Positions 1 to 14,124 of a stretch of DNA of 64,000 nucleotides are shown piece after piece (the first letter of the stretch is position 1; each line of letters opens with the position of its first letter). A program made the position numbers and the translations under genes. The stretch is from Octopus vulgaris (Eukaryota), in contig OX597821.1 of the NCBI GenBank assembly GCA_951406725.2, positions 79,918,001 to 79,982,000 of the forward strand. The letters are read 5' to 3'. Under the pieces are notes generated by a model that saw only the letters and a program-made list of their open reading frames with translations, ran no database searches and was not told where the DNA came from.

Positions 1-716
1 TTGGACGCTAAAACTGTGACGTGTTCATTAGTTTCAAAAATCATTGAGTTAAGATGACCAACAGTATTGTTACGAATGAAGAGGAAATTTGAAAATTAAA
101 TTATTTTTCCTGCAAAAAGCTTTAAATTCCAGACAAAATGCAGCGTTGCAATTTTCAAACAAGATTTTTGAGACACGTATCTTTTTTTTTTATTTGATCG
201 CCGAGTGACAGAAAGAGGTCGCTTGCTTCACCCTTTTAAAACTTTTAGGTTCATTCAATAAATAAATATCAACCCTAATTTGCAGTCTTCTTTGGAAGAA
301 TCATTAAATAAATTAGTTTTCCCTCCGATCCCAGACTTAGCTCGTGTCCCCCCACCTCAAGTACTTGCTCGTGGATATGAACAACTGCCTTACGCTTTCA
401 CTCGACTTGCAAGAAATAACAATTAAACCTTCATTTAATGACCCTGGATCATATAAGATACGCTATGAACTAGGTATATTAGGTAACATAGCTTATGATA
501 AACTATGACTGGAAAGGCGAGATGGTCTTGGTTGGAATGCCTTTAATCTGGAATGGCTTTAATCTGCTCATTACAACAATGATATCAGCAATAAAAAAAT
601 TATGTACTACGACATGTCCTATAAAATGCCTCCATATAGTAGCTCCGTGTTCTAGAGAACTAAACCACTCTTAAGAGTACATCATTTCCTTAAAGTGATT
701 ATAACTTTCATCATTT

Positions 717-1330
717 AAAGGCGGCGAGCTGGCAGAAACGTTAGCACGCCAGGCGAAATGCTTAGCGGTATTTCGTCTGCCGTTACGTTCTGAGTTCAAA
801 TTCCACCGAGGTCGACTTTGTCTTTCATCATTACGGGGTCGATTAAATAAGTACCAGTTACGCACTGGGATCGATATAATCGACTTAATCCGTTTGTCTG
901 TCCTTGTTTGCCCTCTCTGTGCTTAGCTCCTTGTGGGTAATAAAGAAATAGGTATTTCGTCTGCTGTTACGTTCTGAGTTCAAATCCCGCCGAGGTCGAC
1001 TTTGTCTTTCATCTTTTCGAGGTTGATTAAATAAGTACCAGTTACACACTGGAGTCGATGTAATCGACTTAATCTCTTCGTTGGTCCTTGTTTGTCCCTT
1101 CTATGTTTAGCCCCATGTGGGCAGTAAAGAAATAAGAAACGTTAGAACACGGGCGAAATGCTAAGCAGTATTTCGTTTGTCTTTACGTTCTGAGTTCAAA
1201 TTCGCAGAGGTCGACTTTGCCTTTCATCCTTTCAGGGTCGATAAATTAAGTACCAGTTGCGTACTGGGGTCGATCTAATCGACTGGTTCCCTCCCACAAA
1301 ATTTCGGGCCTTGTGCCTAGAGTAAAAAAG
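717..1330 (+). mobile_element. tRNA-derived SINE family A, multimeric copy
   Basis: Head ggcggcgagctggcagaaacgttagc, B-box-like gagttcaaattcc, and core gccgaggtcgactttgcctttcatcctttcggggtcgat...aagtaccag repeated three times. Many other copies lie in the window. The core resembles the Meta-SINE domain (from recall). Confidence 0.85.
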
Positions 1331-1384
1331 TACTTTCATCATTTATTCGGTAGACACGTTTCATTCTTTTATTCAATTTCACTT

Positions 1385-1560
1385 TCTTCGATCATTTAAC
1401 TGCAGTCATGCTGAGGTATCGTCTTGAAGAGTTGAGTCGAATTTATTCTTTTAAGTTTGGTTTTTATCCAATCGGTCTCTATTACAGAACCGCTAAGTTA
1501 CGGGTGCGTAAACAAACCAACACCAGTTGTTAAGTGGTGAGAGAACAAACGTAAAGATAA
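1385..1560 (-). mobile_element. SINE family B, 3' fragment
   Basis: Matches the reverse complement of the 3' half of 2171-2560 (gaaccgctaagttacgg...gtaaac). Confidence 0.7.
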
Positions 1561-1576
1561 AGAATAATACATGCAC

Positions 1577-1640
<64 letters not shown>

Positions 1641-1774
1641 GACGACAGACAAACAGGCGTGTGTGTATGTGTGTATGTGTGTGTGTGTGTGTGTACATAT
1701 AGAGAAGTAAATGTAAAGATAAGCAAGTTAAACTTGAACTTCTTTCCTTTAACACCTCAAATGTAAAGATCTCT

Positions 1775-1885
1775 TCCCTGAAGACGGAAGCTCGTCTCAT
1801 CCTACGATGAAATCAATCTACAAACATTATTTGGGACCACCAAATATATATTATTTCCATAGCCCCTCCAGAAACAGCTGTTGGA
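1775..1885 (+). ncRNA. Degenerate type I hammerhead ribozyme-like motif
   Basis: tcc-CTGAAGA-cgga...tcca-GAAA-cagctg-TT-gga: 3-bp stem I, palindromic stem III, long and imperfect stem II. Confidence 0.5.
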
Positions 1886-2109
1886 TTTGTAATACTTTGC
1901 TCCAACTCTTTTAATTCTCTAGATCATTGGTGCTCTGTGTAAGTCGAACCTTTTCGTATGTAAACATATATACATTTTTTGTATTTCATGTATTTAATAT
2001 ACTTTATATATAGATCTGTTTAATTTGCTTAGCCCTACATATACTTATATACCTGGTCAAGTCTAAATCTCTTGAGTACTACAAACCGTTTTCTATACGA
2101 AGAATACAC

Positions 2110-2170
<61 letters not shown>

Positions 2171-2171
<1 letters not shown>

Positions 2172-2560
2172 GCGTAGGAGTGGGTGTATGGTAAGTAGCT
2201 TGCTTCCAAACCACATGGTTCCGGGTTCAGTTCCACTGCGTGGCCCCTTGTGCAAGTGTCATCTACTGTAGCCTCGGGCCGACCAAAGCATTGTGAGTGG
2301 ATTGGTGGACGGAAACTGAAAGAAGCCCGTCGTATATATATGTATGTGTGTGTATATGTTTGTGCGTCTGTGTTTGTCGACCCAATATCGCTTAACAACC
2401 GATGATGGTGTGTTTACGTCCCTGTAACTTAGCGGTTCGGCAAAAGTGACCGATAGAATAAGTACTAGGCTTACAAAGAATAAGTCCTGGGGTTGATTCG
2501 CTCGACTAAAGGCTGTGCTCCAGCATGGCCGCAGTTACATGACTGAAACAAATAAAAGTA
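2171..2560 (+). mobile_element. tRNA-derived SINE family B, full length
   Basis: Head ggcgtaggagtgg...tggtaag, B-box ggttcagttcc, internal microsatellite, tail gtgctccagcatggccgcagt...gactgaaacaa. Near-identical to 59605-59988. Confidence 0.85.
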
Positions 2561-3319
2561 TATGTATGTATGTATACATATGCACACACATACACACAAA
2601 CACACACACACACACATACATGCCTTTGTGTACATGTGTGGGTGAGTATGTAATCTATTCATTTTATTTCATATCAACCAATCTAACCCATAACACTGCA
2701 CAACACATGCACGTCCAGTCAAGCGCGCACATGCACACGTGCGCACATACCACACTCACCAATACACACATACACACGTACACACATACTTGCAAAAGCT
2801 CCAAAGGTGTTTGGACGGGGTTCAATCCGGTGACTAACAAAGCCAGAACATAAGGAACAAACAGTCTGTTGTAATATCCTGTATCTTATGGCCTGTCACT
2901 TCTCTCTAACACGTAAGGGGACATCCGAGATTAGAGCAAGAGAAAGGGAGAAAGATTGCTCGGTGAGATGATGAGGTTTTTGTGGAGGGTGGGGGAACAG
3001 GGATCTGTAGAGGAGGAGGAGCAGGAGGAGATGTTTACGAAGGTATGGCCAATGTTGCGGAAAGAACATGACCTAACTTACTGTAATTACTGCTCTCTCT
3101 CTCTCACACACAGACACACACACACTCTCTCTCTTTCTCTGTCTGTCTGTCTCTCTCTTTGTATACCGCTCTCCCTAAAATATATATATATATATATATC
3201 GAACACATATATACACGCATAAATACACACACACATACACTCATATATATACAGACAGGCGCGCACGCAGCACACACAGCCACACATAGAAACACGAACA
3301 GGATTACATAGTTAGGCAC

Positions 3320-3354
<35 letters not shown>

Positions 3355-3465
3355 ATCCGTACATATATGCATACAGCACTCTACACATTCTACGACAGAC
3401 AGACAGACTGAATGTCTGACCGGCAGGCAGGCAGTCCGACAGACAGACATACAGACTGACTGATG

Positions 3466-3530
<65 letters not shown>

Positions 3531-3565
3531 GTAGATAGATAGATAGATAGATGGATAGATAGATA
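3466..3565. repeat. (GATA)n microsatellite
   Basis: Read directly from the sequence. Confidence 0.95.
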
Positions 3566-3810
3566 ATCTATATTTCTATATTATAATGGAGAAAGCTGCT
3601 TATTAATTAGGTATTTAACAGTTACTAAAATTACTAAAAGAAAGTAATTATTAAAGGTTTGACTACCTGGAAATATTTTTATAAATTCATTTTCTAACAA
3701 ATTTCCTATAGTTGCGATTTCTGAAGTTTATTCAGTTTTTGAACTCCAATTTTTCGCAAATTTAAATATTCATTGCATTCATTGCGGAGTAAATTTTAAT
3801 ATTCAACAGT

Positions 3811-3863
<53 letters not shown>

Positions 3864-4280
3864 TACAGATGCGCACAAACGTATACAACCCCACCGTCCT
3901 CATACTCACACACCAAAATATGCTCAAACTCATGCTTCTACATACACAAATAGCACACATCGCATAAGTTCTCACGTCCAGCGCGTCCTCATACATACAG
4001 TGTACGTACAATACAAGCATACATTAACATAACAAACCGTCATAGCATGCACACACGCACGCACACAGATATTCATCTGACACGCAAAGCACGTACGCAT
4101 ACATATATCAAGAACTACATCTATATACACACACGTACGCACGAGCACCTCATTCTTTACATGGTAAATATATTACCATATTTAACGAGACATAACGTTG
4201 TGTTGTGAGGCTCATGCTTTTTCTTTTAATGTTACCCACCTAAGGAGAATCATGGAAGATCCAGTTGGGGGCCTCTACAT

Positions 4281-4514
4281 CAGTAGTTCTCAACACGGGG
4301 CCATATGACCGATCGGGGTCCACAATCAGATTTCTTGGTTAAAATCTATGCCTAATAAATTGATTCTACTTCAATTATGCACCAAATATTTTAACAATTC
4401 TTTTTGTACAATTCCTCTTAATGCTTAATTCTAAAAATATAATGGGGGGATTTTTAAAACATAATCGTAGCTGCTAGAATAAGAATAGGCTGGGAGAAGT
4501 TCAGAGAACTACTA
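4281..4514. mobile_element. Degenerate hAT-type MITE
   Basis: Begins cagtagttctcaac and ends gagaactact (imperfect TIR); subterminal ggggcc/ggggtccac motifs. No clean target-site duplication. Confidence 0.45.
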
Positions 4515-5039
4515 CCTCTGTTAGTAACGAAGAGCTTCTCCCTCTGAGTGAAAAGTAGGTTGTATGATACCTGGGTACGAACGGCATCGGCTGTGACTTC
4601 TTCTTCTTCTTCTTCTTCTCCCCCTCTTCTTCTTCCTCCTCCTCCACCTCCTCCTCCTCCTCCTTCTTCTTCTCCCCCTCTTCTTCTTCTTCCTCTTCCT
4701 CCTCATCCCTCCCCCTCTTCCTCCTCCTCCTCCTTCTTCTTCTTCCAATCAGGACTCACGCCATTAGCCAAAAAGAATAATCTCTAATTCGGGCCTACTC
4801 TAAGCTTCTAAGAATGCGTGTGGCAACTTGAAGATTCACCCACCTCACGCGATAGACTGGCGGTTGCATGGGCGTGAAAGCTACGTTGTTATCCTCATTC
4901 CGTAAACGGTGGCTTTTTATCGGGTGGAGAAGTGAACCATCCTGGGGTACAGAGGATTCGCAATCTAGATTAGGATCTGAAAGTTTACCACACCATAGTG
5001 GGTTACACCATGGTTCTTCTGCTTTGTGGCACAAGTAGG

Positions 5040-5222
5040 AAGAAAGAGTGAGAGAAAGTTGTGGTGAAAGAGAACAGCAGGGTTCACCCCTCGCCGCTGG
5101 AGCCTCGTGGAGCTTAGGTGTTTTTGCTTAATAAATACTCGCAATGTCTGGTCTGGGAATAGAAACCGCATTCTTACGACTGCAAGTCCGCTGCCCTAAC
5201 CACTGGGCCATTGCGCCTCCAC
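5040..5222 (-). mobile_element. tRNA-derived SINE related to family C
   Basis: Minus strand reads ggaggcgcaatggcccagtggttagggcagcggact..., a tRNA-like head. Confidence 0.65.
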
Positions 5223-5223
5223 T

Positions 5224-5575
5224 CGGCTGTGACTGTTGAGGACATGCGAAGGCTTGAAAGAAATGAAGCCAGTATGCTCCGATGGATGGACAATGTCAGT
5301 GTGCATACGTGACAGAGTGTAAGTGATTTCTTCAAATGTAGTGTGCAAGAGAGAAGACTACGATGGTATAGCCATGTAATGCGTATGTATGAAGACAGTT
5401 GCATCAAGAAGTGCTGATCTCTGGTTGTAGGGGGAACATGTGGAAGCGATAGACCCAGGAACACGTGGGACGAAGGGGTGAGAAACGATCCACTGACGTT
5501 GGGACTCACAGAAGGGATGACTGGGGATCGGGACTCGTGGCGGTTTGCTGTGCTTGGAAAGATACATCAAGCTAG
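5224..5575 (+). pseudogene. RTE-clade LINE ORF C-terminal remnant
   Basis: Translates with frameshifts as MRRLERNEASMLRWM...QERRLRWYSHVMRM...RPRNTWDEGVRND...DRDSWR, typical of RTE C-termini. Confidence 0.75.
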
Positions 5576-6804
5576 TAAAACGTGGTTGCCCTTGCATACA
5601 GTCTGTCCCCTGCATCCTTCTCCAGCTGAGCATTCCTAACCTTGCAGGTTCATGGGTGCTGGTGCCAGATAAAAAGCACCTGTACCGGTGCCACGTAAAC
5701 GCACCCGTGTCGGTGCTGCGTAAAAGCCCTATCTTTAGAAAAGGGGTGACTGTTACATTATCCCAGTTCCTTGTTATGAATTTGAGATAAGTTGGAGGAG
5801 ACGAGGAAGTTACCCTCCAATCGAAAACTTGCCTCAAATGATCGCAATATACTGCAATCCGCTAAAAACATCCAGAAAGCAAGTGTGTTCCCTTTAAGCT
5901 GTACGCTTCTACTACATCATACATGATTTACAGTGAGAAATGGAAGAAAAAATGCCCAAAGTTTCATTATACACCCGGATTTTTTATGACTGTCGTAAAT
6001 ACGCACACACTTTGCAAACAATGCTAACATCTGAACATACGGCGTGAAAGCATGACGGATCAATTGACGGATCAAATGAAGCAGCTAAGAATGGAAATAG
6101 ATCCTTTAATATATATATCCACATAGTGTGAATCATTCGTGAGACTTTGGTTGACGCAAAGCTATGGTAGAAGATTCTTGGCATTGGTGTAACGCACTGG
6201 GTTCGAACCTTGTATCACATGACCGGAAGCAATTGTTTTAGTAACTCATTTCGTTCGTGATAGCAGACACTGCATACGCACAAATGCTTATATATGTGGG
6301 GAGGGGGGGCGAGAAAGTAGTGGAAGAGTGATGGGTAGAGAGAGAATGGGTGAGTGTAAGTTCTAGAGAAAAAAATGCAGGTGAAAATCAGTATTGTATC
6401 AGATTACTAAGTAGCATGATTGAATGTTCGTATTCGACACAGTCGAGTCAGTGTGTGCTTTGCCTTCAGCCTTAACTCTTAAATGTGTCATTACAAATAG
6501 TTGATGTCAACAGGTACCGAAGATTAAAGAAGCCAGTACACTGGTTTGACGCAGGAATTTAGCCTGACGAGCTAGGTTCGTTTCACGAGCCCACCAAATA
6601 TTAAGTTGCATGAAGCCGAATCAGACAGTCATTGAATAATACACACACGCACGCACGCGCACGCGCACACACACACACACACACACATACACACACAAAC
6701 ACACACACACACACACACTATTATGCTGTTCGTTCTTTCAAGCTTCTGCAAAAGGTGTTTTCAACACAAAATATCTGTATTAATAAAGTAAATTTAAGGT
6801 GTGG

Positions 6805-7050
6805 AGGCGCTTGGCTTAGTGGTTAGGGTGTCAGTATCACGATCGTAAGATTGTGGTTTCGATTCCTGGACTGAGCGACGCGTTGTGCTCTTGAGCAAAA
6901 CACTTCATTTCATATTGCTCCAGTCCACTCAGCTGGCAAAAATGAATAATGCTGCGATGGACTGGTGTCCCGCCCAGCTGGAGAACACATACGCCATTGA
7001 AACCGGGAAAACCGGACCCATGAACCTGGCTGGGCTTTCAAAGGACGCAT
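6805..7050 (+). mobile_element. tRNA-derived SINE family C variant
   Basis: ggcgcttggcttagtggttaggg...ttcgattcctgg...ttgagcaaaacacttcatttcatattgctccagtccactcagctggcaaaaatga; shares its 5' half with 12756-13072. Confidence 0.8.
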
Positions 7051-7782
7051 TTATTTACTTATTTTATATTCAAGGCGACGTTTCAAGATCTTTATTATTG
7101 ATTTTTGTAGGTGATGATAGTTCATACATCACCTTCTATGTCATACTGATCTTTTACCTTGTTATAGGAATTCAGAGATTTCATAATGTTGTCATATTAA
7201 ATAAAAAAAATGTTGGTGGCGTCTGATTTCCTTCCTTAGTGCTGATTCGAATATTCATAAAGATATCATACAGAATATATATGTGGAAAAGCATATTTAT
7301 TCTCGCTACGAAAATGTAACCCGCGAATATATATATATATATATATATATTTCGGTAGCTAAGATCGTACGCATATATGTTCGTGTATTTGCATGCTGGA
7401 AGCTGAATGTGTGAGTGTGTATATGTGTGAATGTGGGTCTGTTTGCACATGCACAAACACACACTCACACACGTACGTGTATACATGTATGTTTGCACAC
7501 ACAGTTGTGGTTTGGTGTCTCTGTATACCGTCCGACTATTGTAAATCATATTACAAACAAGACTTAATATAATTGACAGCGTCTGGCCAAAACCGAGTCT
7601 TTCTTATCGCTACGGCTGACCTTGATTACTGATTGGCTGTCAAGATTTCACACGCGTACCGACTTACATGCACAGACTCACCCTCACCCCCGTATATATA
7701 TATATATCACGTATGCATGTATGTGTGTGTGTGCATCTATATCTATATCTATCTACATATACATATTTATATATATTCCTTT

Positions 7783-7998
7783 ACTCTTTTACTTCTTTTA
7801 GTCATTTGACTGTGGCCATACTGGAGCACCGCCTTTATTCGAGCAAATCGACCACAGGACTTATTCTTTGTAAGCCGAGTACTTGTTCTATCGGTCTCTT
7901 TTGTCAAACTGCTAAGTTACGGAGGCGTAAACACACCAGCATCGGTTGTCAAGCGATGTTGGGTCGACAAACACAGACGCACAAACATATACACACAC

Positions 7999-8068
<70 letters not shown>

Positions 8069-8170
8069 GTATATATATATACATATATACGACGGGCTTT
8101 GGTCTATCTATAGTTTGACCAAGGTGCCATATATCTTTCGGCTTTACCACACACCTACTCCTATGCCTAT
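7783..8170 (-). mobile_element. SINE family B, internally deleted
   Basis: Reverse-complement match to 2171-2560. Confidence 0.8.
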
Positions 8171-8242
8171 TTGAAATTTTTTTTGTAGAGATTGTTATGA
8201 AAACACGGGCTGCTGCATTTGTCACAGTAAGAGTTTGATATT

Positions 8243-8392
8243 CTTTTCTACTCCAGGCACAAGGCCCGAAACTTTTGTGGGTGGGGGCCAGTCGATTAGA
8301 TCGACTCCAGTTCGCAATGGTACTTGATTTATTGACGCCGAAAAGATGAAAGTCAAAGTCGATCTCGGCGGAATTTGAACTCAGAACGTAAG
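8243..8392 (-). mobile_element. SINE family A fragment
   Basis: gatgaaagtcaaagtcgatctcggcggaatttgaactcagaacgtaa core. Confidence 0.75.
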
Positions 8393-9694
8393 AGTGAATA
8401 TTGAATGTCTGTCTATTTCGGTGGAGAACAAATATCACAAGAGACTCTCTTCAAAAAACACAAAAATTTTCAGTTTTCGAGTTTTCACACACACACACAC
8501 ACACACATCTACATATAATGCATGTAGATGTATAGGTGCGGGTATAAACGGGAGTAAAAAAAGTGACAGTGCGGTGATATGGTTGGTGCAAGTAACATCA
8601 ATAATGAAGAAGTGCTATGGAAGAGGTTGAAAAATATACTGGCCCAATTATATGAATTTACGTTAACTTTTCGAATTTTTCGGCTTCATTCTACAAGTGA
8701 ACGTAACAGTTCCTGCATCCGTCGTATCGAAAATGTGCGCTTCTTGATTGACCAAAGATCTCCAAAATCCCAATTTTTAAAGATTCATAACATTACTTTT
8801 ATTTTCTCCAACAATGGGATATGATTTTCGCAATTAGAACGAAAATTTACATCTGTGTAGACATAACTTTTCAAACCAGTCGGATCTAATGTATGTAACT
8901 GAAAATATCCATTTTTTTTTCGTTCTGCAATGAAAGCATTAATTAATGTATTCGAAAATTATATATAAAAAAAGGTACCACTTACCGTAATCTCTCTTGC
9001 AAAATTTCTTAGAATTTAACCGACGTCTGGAGTTTCTGCATTTCCGACAGTAGCTATCTATAATAATAAAGTAATGTTAGAGTTACATAGCTCTGAAGAA
9101 TATTCAGATATTCTTATCGTATAATTATGCGTTGGTAATAGTCATTATTTACAGAACGAGATTTTTTTATACTGTTATATGGTGTATCTTGTTAAATGTT
9201 GTTCAGAATCTGTTGTCATCGAAAATAGAAAATAATTCTTGAAAAAAAGAAAAAAAAGTGTATCGCTTTTAAAGAATCACAAAGTGAAGTGCAATTGTAA
9301 TGCAAGATATATTAGACATGGTACGTAAACAGCGTCACTAGGAGTGGTGCTATCTTGATAATATCGCTAAAAGTGATACATCTTATTATAATTGATATAA
9401 TCTGTTCCCGTTTTAGCTCTTTCCGTTCCAGTCTTTCAGTCACTGGATTGCGATCATTTTGTCGAACTGCTATGTGGTGGGGTATAAAAACAGGAAAACA
9501 GTTAATGTTTTACTTTGTATTTCTTCAATATTTCACGACAGTTGGAGAAATGGGAAATGGTTTAGAGCTGTTATCTTTGCTTAAATAGTGATATATGCAG
9601 ATTGGAATTAACTGTAGTTTATTCTTTTGCATCATTTCGGCCTTTTAACAAGTTTTAAACTTATTATGTGTGTGTGTAAAATAGATAGATAGAT

Positions 9695-9747
<53 letters not shown>

Positions 9748-10469
9748 ATATACACACTACCTATGTGACAAGAAAGATAAGAACGACTGTGTATGAAGTG
9801 TTGAGTAGAACACAAATAGAGAGAATTTGTAGGACTTTACAGTTGACTAGAATTGACAGTCAATAAAAGACCTTAAGTAATCATTCATGTCCTCTCAAAG
9901 GCCTTTCGCTGTTCCCTCTCTATTCCTCATTCGTCACCTGAAATCAGCTTGCAGGTGTTTCGCGTGTGCCAGGTAATAAAGGTGAGATTCGATAGTATCA
10001 ATTACAGAGAAGACATTGAGAAAATGGCAAGCAAAACTTTCATATATAAAGTGTACGCTATTTTGACTTAAAGCTCCCAGGTTTTATTATAACAACAGTT
10101 GTTATTTACCCCGAAGTTAATCCTATATAAACAGGACTATAATTAAAGATGTTCCAGAGGTTACTCTTTTCTGTTTCAAACATAGTATATGTAGGACTGC
10201 AATATCTAATGTGTAATTTTTTTTTATAACGATATGATGTATTTTGAAGGAGACTAGGTCGAGTTATTATACAGCGGGCCTCTCATTGGCTCACTACTAC
10301 TACTACAGCAACAACTATTATTATTAAAGTGATCCTGGAGTAGAAATGTATGAAGCCCATGATACCCATCATTTACTACCCGTCTGATAAATTGCTGCCC
10401 TTGTGGAAAAATTTGAAACTTCCCGACTAACATCCACTGATCCCTGTCGGACAATGGGATCGGTGGATG

Positions 10470-11350
10470 TTCCGCTTTAGAAATTTATAGAGGATTAGTG
10501 GCAGTAAAGTCCGACGACGTTCTCGGTGAGACTCTGGGCGCCGACGAGAACAAATTGGCTAGTCTATTCTGAAGGACTTTCCGGTTGGCAACTATCATGG
10601 ATAATATCCAGATGTCCTTGGCGTGGCAGTGCTACCAGGCGGCGCTACCGGTTCGTGATAAACTCTACAGGCACGGCTTGACCGAGGTGCTCGTAGAGTG
10701 ACGAAACTGATTTGCACACCCTCGTTCAGTGTCCGAGCATCGCTGCCTTGTGGGGTTATGTCGAACAGCTGCTGTCATGTGTGGGACGGATCCGTCAGTC
10801 AGCCGCGTTTGTTGTGATGATCGCCCCACCGCCCTCCTTCAATCAGGCAGGCAAAGCAGTTTTCCTTTGCCTGGTGGCTGTGGCGAAAGAACTTGTTTGG
10901 TGGACAAGGCTGAAAGGCATGAGGACAGATAAATTCCTCATTGGTAGAGCTCTCATTCTTGAAAAGGAAATTGAGAGTGGAGAGTGAAGCGATGTCCTCG
11001 AGTGAGTTTAATGAAAGTTTGGTGAAAGTTGCGAAAGTGGAAAGAGTGTAGACTTGTGAGTTGGAGAGAATGAATTGGGGAAGGCACTTGCTCTTGAGCT
11101 TTCAGGGAAATCTCGGACAGTGAGGTTCTTCGACTATCCTTAGAGGCCTTCCTCTATCAGGAGGGCCACATCTCTGTCATCCACCCCGCCATTTTCTTTT
11201 TCTCTTACCTTTGTATGCTATCGCTATGCATATATTCCTTCTTTTTCAGTGTATACTCACTTTTTTTTATCATTTGATTATATGTAAACCCCCCACACTT
11301 TGTGCCTGTCTTTGTTTTGTCCCCCTCATCTTTCGTTCGAGTGGCAAATA
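10470..11350 (+). pseudogene. Tx1/L1-like LINE 3' remnant (ORF2 C-terminal zinc-binding region plus 3' UTR)
   Basis: SLAWQCYQAALPVRDKLYRHG...ETDLHTLVQCPSIAALWGYVEQLL...LVWWTRLK resembles the zf-RVT region; ends at aataaa before microsatellites. Confidence 0.65.
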
Positions 11351-11366
11351 AATGAAATCATCATCA

Positions 11367-11460
<94 letters not shown>

Positions 11461-12620
11461 CTGGTGTAGTATTAACATTGATATTTCAAGTACTATGTTA
11501 TTATGACCACATTATACGTTGTTCTATCTTTCCTTTTATATATTTTTTAGCAAAGTAGAGTACGATACGAGGGAGTACTAAACTATTATCCTCGCGGGTC
11601 ATTTACTTGTTGACTTGTGATGTTGTATAGTCACCAGGGAGTCATAATCATACAGACCTACAATCAAAGACATTCCCAATGCGACTATCCACTCTTTCAC
11701 TCAGATAGAGACTACTCAAACCTTTAACGCCCCGCCCAAAGTCCCCTTCCATACATTTAAATCGACAATGTGTGATTTGGGGGAGATTTGGCTGCAATTT
11801 CTTAACACGGTGATGGCTCATATAAAAAAGTAGTGTTTCTTATGAGGTTTGTTGGGGACAATCCCTTTCTGAAGGCGTCTATGCGAGCCGAGAAGGGGAC
11901 ATACAAACATAGAGTATTTAGTAAAGTAGAGTTGGTTTTATACAATTTAAACATGTCTAGCATCGAGGGGATGAAAGAAGTAGATGAATGCAAATTCCAT
12001 TTTTCTTTTCATTAATGATGAATGGTTGGTGAACAAACGTTTCTAAAATTCTTTTGGCGAGCCCTGGAATTTCTCAGTTTCTGACGTAGAGATTACTGAC
12101 TAGGTAAGTTAAAAAATGACTCGTTAAAGAAAACTTAGCGAATCAATTGTTGAGTTAACCAACAAGGTAGATAAACGCGTCGCCTGGATTAGAAGACTTA
12201 TGGTGGGATTAGTTAGGACTACCTACAGGGATTAAATGGGTTAAGTGATTAGTTAAATTTCTATATATTGGTGTATGATGAACGCGTGTATTTTCTGTGA
12301 GAGTTTATTTATGTGTCTATAATTGAGCCAAGATTAACAGAATTATGGAAGATTAATTAGACTTACTTATTTAGCTTGGTGAAGTTAATTAACCAAAGTT
12401 TATGAACTTACCTGGATTAGGTGGGTTTACGTCATGGATCTCTGAAAGATACGAAAAGGGAGAGACATTTATAGTTATTTATTAACTAATATATATATAT
12501 GAAATACTTCATTAATTGATGTATCAACATTATAGTAGAAATAAAGTGCTCAAGATATATATATATAACCGTAGAAATACAAAATGAAAGCTAAGTGTGT
12601 GTATATGTGTATATATATAA

Positions 12621-12655
<35 letters not shown>

Positions 12656-12658
12656 TAT

Positions 12659-12730
<72 letters not shown>

Positions 12731-12755
12731 ATATATGTGTGTGTGTGTGTGTCAA

Positions 12756-13072
12756 GGCGCGTGGCTTAGTGGTTAAGGCATTCGGCTCACGATTGTAAGG
12801 TCGTGAGTACAATGCCCGGCGACGCGTTGTGTTCTTGAGCAAGACACTTTATTTCACATTGCTCCAGTCCACTCAGCTGGCAAAAATGAGTTGTACCTGT
12901 ATTTCAAAGGGCCAGCCTTGTCACACTCTGTGACACGTTGAATTTCCCTGAGAACTACGTGAAGGGTATACGTGTCTGTGGATTGCTCAGTCACTTACAC
13001 GTTAATTTCACGAGCAAGCTGTTCCGTTGATCGTATCAGCTGGGACCCTCGTCGCCGTAACCGACGGAGTGC
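12756..13072 (+). mobile_element. tRNA-derived SINE family C, full length
   Basis: A-box tggcttagtgg; body shared with 54411-54724 and 31623-31942; ends gtaaccgacggagtgc. Confidence 0.85.
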
Positions 13073-13073
13073 T

Positions 13074-13138
<65 letters not shown>

Positions 13139-13472
13139 ATATATAGTGAATACTTGTTACAGATGATGCGCAGAAAATTCCGGGGAGAAAGAAAGAGAAA
13201 AAGAGAGAGAAAGAAATAGAGAGAAGGAGAGAAGTAGAAGGAGAGAAATAGAGAGAACTCAAAGGAAAAGAAAAGGAGAAGAAAAGGAAAAGAAACACTG
13301 AAAGACCGCAAGGCAGCAGATTGATAAAGTTTATCTTGTTAATTCATAAAGTGGCTAAGATAATGGTTCTATGTGTATTGAGCTAAAACTCTGAAGTCAT
13401 GATTGGTGGAAAAAATGGACATAGCTTTCATGGAGTATTTAATAGAGGATATCACCTTTCTTCTTTCTTAAT

Positions 13473-13966
13473 TGCCCACAAGGGGCTAAACATAGAGGAG
13501 ACAAACAAGGACAGATAAAGGGATTAAGTCGACCTCGGTGAAATTTGAACTCAGAACGTAAAGACAGGCGAAATACCGCTAAGCATTTTGCCCGGCGTGC
13601 TTAACGTTTATTTAACAAGGGATTAAACATAGAGGGGACAAACAAGGACAGAGAAACGGATTAAGTCGACTGCAACGACTTAATTTATCGCCCACGAAAG
13701 GATGAACGGCAAAGTCGACCTCGGCAGAATTTGAACTCAGAGCATGTAGACAGGCGAATTACTTATTTCTTTACTACCCACAGAGGAGACAAACAAGGAC
13801 AGACAAACGGATTAAGTCGATTATATCGACCCCAGTGCGTAACTGGTACTTATTCAATCGACCCCGAAAGGATGAAAGGCAAAGTCGACCTCGGCGGAAT
13901 TTGAACTTAGAACGTAACGGCAGGCGAAATACCGCTAAGCATTTTACCCGGCGAGCTAACGTTTCT
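13473..13966 (-). mobile_element. SINE family A multimer
   Basis: Repeated gtcgacctcggcggaatttgaactcagaacg modules. Confidence 0.8.
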
Positions 13967-14124
13967 ACCAATAGAGGATATCACCGTTCTGAGGGAAGCG
14001 CACACACACACATTCACCCATGTACACGCACGTGCAAACACACAGGTGCAAACGTACAAACACACCATCACACACAGTGGTATAAACGCATACACATACA
14101 CATGCGCTCGCATTTATCTATTAA

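Noticed and set aside
11810-12420. Coding-like segment with short ORFs on both strands
   Set aside because: No recognisable motif; probably a decayed transposon that I cannot classify.
12756-12830. tRNA genes at SINE heads
   Set aside because: A/B boxes are present, but there is no complete cloverleaf and each runs into a SINE body.
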